Under the pieces are notes generated by a model, which saw nothing but the letters and a program-made list of their open reading frames with translations, was not told where the DNA came from and searched no databases. A DNA stretch of 63,549 nt, counting the filler, from Reclinomonas americana ATCC 50394 (lineage: Eukaryota): assembly GCA_048213135.1 (NCBI GenBank). It is 21 parts of 21 records of this genome, joined end to end, with 100 filler letters (N's around TTAATTAATTAA, not from the genome) between each part and the next. Parts side by side here need not be neighbours in the genome. Positions count along the whole stretch, not along the records: positions 57,329 to 62,388 come from AFZH01022753.1; positions 62,489 to 63,549 come from AFZH01022755.1; 19 more parts are not named here. One strand, written 5' to 3'. Shown here in pieces: positions 61,216 through 63,549 of the stretch. The translations under genes and the position numbers were made by a program. Position 1 is the stretch's first letter, and each line of letters opens with the position of its first letter.

Positions 61216-62096
61216 GCAATCTGCGCAAAGCCCTTCATGGCCTCGACTGGAGTGGCTGGCTCGGAGCCGGCATCGTCGGGTTGATCGTGCTCGCCGCGAT
61301 CTTCGCGCCTCTGATCGCGCCTTACGACCCGCTCGCGCTCAATATCGAGGACAGGCTCGCCGCGCCCGATGCAAGTCATTGGCTCGGCACGGACCAGGGT
61401 GGCCGCGACGTGCTCAGCCGCATCCTGTTCGGCGCGCGCGCTTCGCTCTCGGTCGGGATCGGCGCGGTGCTGATTGGCGCCTTGATCGGCGTCTCCGCCG
61501 GCATCTTCGCTGCCTACAAGGGCGGGCTGGGAGAGCAGTTGGTGATGCGCATCGTCGACGGCGTCGCCTCGATCCCGCTGCTGGTCTGGGCGATCGCGAT
61601 CGTCGGCATCCTCGGCGTCGGGCCGCTGCCGGTGGGGCCGCTGCTCCTGCCGAACGAAGTCAAGATCGTCGTCCTCGTCGGCTGCCTGTTCTCGCCGGTC
61701 TTCGCCCGCGTCACCTATGCCGTCGCCAGGCGCATCGCCGGGGCCGACTATGTCCGCGCCCGCTTCCTGCAGGGCGCCTCGCATTGGGACATCGTGACCA
61801 GCGACGTGCTGCCCAACTGCCTGTCGCCGATCATCGTGCAGGGCACGCTGCTGGTTGCGATCGGCATCGTCATCGAGGCCTCGATCAGTTTCGTCGGCCT
61901 CGGCGTGCAGCCGCCGCAGCCGAGCTGGGGCACCATGCTCTCGGACGCCCGCAGCGCGATCTATTCCGGCGAATGGTGGCTGCCGGTCTTCCCCGGCCTC
62001 GCCATCTCGCTCACCGTGATCGGCTTCAACCTGCTCGGCGACGCGGTGCGCGAGCTGTTCGATCCGCGCAGCGAAGCCAGGACGCTCGTCGCATGA
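61212..62096 (+). CDS. ABC permease (DppC-like)
   Basis: HWLGTDQGGRDVLSR, SFVGLGVQPPQPSWG, FNLLGDAVR. Confidence 0.95.
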   Translation: MSNLRKALHGLDWSGWLGAGIVGLIVLAAIFAPLIAPYDPLALNIEDRLAAPDASHWLGTDQGGRDVLSRILFGARASLSVGIGAVLIGALIGVSAGIFAAYKGGLGEQLVMRIVDGVASIPLLVWAIAIVGILGVGPLPVGPLLLPNEVKIVVLVGCLFSPVFARVTYAVARRIAGADYVRARFLQGASHWDIVTSDVLPNCLSPIIVQGTLLVAIGIVIEASISFVGLGVQPPQPSWGTMLSDARSAIYSGEWWLPVFPGLAISLTVIGFNLLGDAVRELFDPRSEARTLVA

Positions 62097-62388
62097 GCCC
62101 GACCCTTCTCAGCGTCGAGGGCCTGCGCGTCGGCTTCCGTTCGGCCGATGGCGGCATGATCGAGGCAGTGCGCGGTGTCGACTTCTCGGTCGCACCGGGC
62201 GAGGCCGTCGGCATCGTCGGCGAGTCCGGCTCCGGCAAGAGCCTCAGCATGCTGGCGGTGATGCGCCTGCTCGGGGCGCCGGCGCGCGCCACTGGCGGAC
62301 AGGTGATCTTCGACGGCGAGGACCTGCTCGCCGCCGACGAGAAGCGCATGCGGGCGCTGCGCGGGCGTGACATCGCCATGGTCTTCCA
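62093..62388 (+). CDS. ABC ATPase (DppD-like); 3' truncated
   Basis: MSPTLLSVEGL...GIVGESGSGKS...RGRDIAMVF; ATGA overlap with the preceding permease. Confidence 0.92.
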
Positions 62389-62488
62389 NNNNNNNNNNNN
62401 NNNNNNNNNNNNNNNNNNNNNNNNNNNNNNNNTTAATTAATTAANNNNNNNNNNNNNNNNNNNNNNNNNNNNNNNNNNNNNNNNNNNN

Positions 62489-62916
62489 CCGAGTTGTTGA
62501 CCGAGATCCAGGCGGGCTCCTATGTCTTCATGGACGAGGCCTATGGCAGCGTCGACATGCATGGCCGCGGCGGGCCGGAGTTCAAGCCGGCACTGCGAAT
62601 CGCCGTCAGCGTGATCGGCCACAGCTCGCTTGGCTTCGCCATCACCGATGGCGGCAGCAAGAGTTTTGCGCTCGACGGGCCACCTCCGCGCGTGTTCCTG
62701 AACGGCGAACTGGTCGGCCGGATCGAATGGTGCGGCGACGAGTTCGGCCGCATCCTGCCATCGGAAGGGCAGGGCACCTTGCCGATCGGCACGGTGGTCG
62801 AATGCACGGTCCCGCATTGCGACCCGACGATCAACCTGCACGATATCCTGCATGTGGTGCGCGGGGCCGATCTGGTGGCGCAATGGCCGGTCGAGGCCCG
62901 CGGCCGCGCCGATTGA
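62489..62916 (+). CDS. DSD1 / D-threonine aldolase family PLP enzyme, C-terminal part
   Basis: TEIQAGSYVFMD, DGGSKS, VPHCDPTINLHD, WPVEARG. Confidence 0.88.
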
Positions 62917-63176
62917 TCCAGAGCCGCCGGATGCGAGGCCGTCGCAGCTATACCAAGGTATCGGCCGCGATCCCATCGTCCGATTGATCGCCATCGCCTT
63001 GAGGCGCAGAGAGGCCTTGTCTTCGCGGCAATGACCGCGAAGCGCTCTCGCAACTACCGGCTTTCCGTCGCAGCGACGTGGCCATGCCGACCGATCGCGC
63101 GCAGCAATCGCTGCCGCGCGTGTCGTCATGCGCGCTCGCTCCTCGGACGGCCCCACCGGGATCGAAGAGGTGGGCC

Positions 63177-63416
63177 ATGAACAACGTCGTCGCATTTCGG
63201 CATTCTGCAATCTCACGGATACAGGCGCCGGCCGGGCTGAGCCTGCACCGGAGCAGCGGCGCGCTGATGTTTATGGCCGTGCCGAAGCGGACTCTGGTCG
63301 CGAAATGGCACATCAGCGCGACGGATGGCCGCCTGGAATGTCGCTGGCGCAGCGAAGGCGGCGAGCGCCGCGACGAGGATGGCAGTCGTGGCTCGTGGCG
63401 CAGGCGCGCCGCCTGA
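63177..63416 (+). CDS. Small hypothetical protein (79 aa)
   Basis: GAGG ribosome-binding site before the ATG; LVAKWHISATDGRLECRW core looks like a genuine small beta-rich protein. Confidence 0.55.
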   Translation: MNNVVAFRHSAISRIQAPAGLSLHRSSGALMFMAVPKRTLVAKWHISATDGRLECRWRSEGGERRDEDGSRGSWRRRAA

Positions 63417-63482
63417 CCAGATCGCCCAATCCGCAAGTTCCGGCCGCCGCTGGCGGCCACCTTCATTCCGCCGAGGTCCATC

Positions 63483-63549
63483 ATGGCGTTCCTGACAAAC
63501 CGCGAGACCGGGCGCAGCGCGCTCGCCGCCCTGACGCGCGGCCGCGTCC
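63483..63549 (+). CDS. Start of an unidentified CDS, running off the window
   Basis: GAGG at ~63473, ATG, frame open to the window end. Confidence 0.4.
   Translation, partial: MAFLTNRETGRSALAALTRGRV

Noticed and set aside
49824..61784. Long antisense or alternate-frame ORFs (49824-51095, 51969-53141, 55536-57044, 58604-60196 and others)
   Set aside because: Shadow ORFs of high-GC genes whose real frames carry clear family motifs.

Overview
The window is 21 contigs joined by an artificial 100-nt linker (44 N + TTAATTAATTAA + 44 N) and comes from two organisms. (1) Positions 1-46722 are an intron-rich, microsatellite-rich microbial eukaryote, probably flagellated (it has SSNA1). Manual splicing, anchored on conserved protein motifs, recovers: a tandem array of WD40 propeller genes with near-identical repeats and variable binding-face residues; two tandem paralogues of an unknown secreted protein with an acidic N-terminal segment; acetyl-CoA synthetase; a kinesin motor; a Zn(II)2Cys6 transcription factor; SSNA1; CTU2; VTA1; an EF-hand protein; and an 11-exon, 910-aa TPR / coiled-coil / RLK-Pelle-like kinase / RING gene. 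That gene reads through only if two consecutive 4-nt microexons are included. Many motif-anchored introns begin with an atypical donor, GTTGCG or GTTGAG, and always after a non-G exon end. Co-oriented genes lie only 38-95 bp apart. (2) Positions 46823-63549 are a GC-rich, intronless bacterium, inferred to be a Hyphomicrobiales-like alphaproteobacterium. It carries a catabolic cluster (polyamine-type ABC transporter, FAD monooxygenase, Asp/Glu racemase-family protein, GntR, ICL/PEP-mutase-family lyase, aldehyde dehydrogenase), a divergent hemC, an SBP-sensor kinase pair, and a LysR plus peptide-ABC operon followed by a DSD1/D-threonine-aldolase-family gene. Several genes continue correctly across linkers, so at least some linkers are scaffold gaps. 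All family calls rest on motif recognition by eye; no searches were run.
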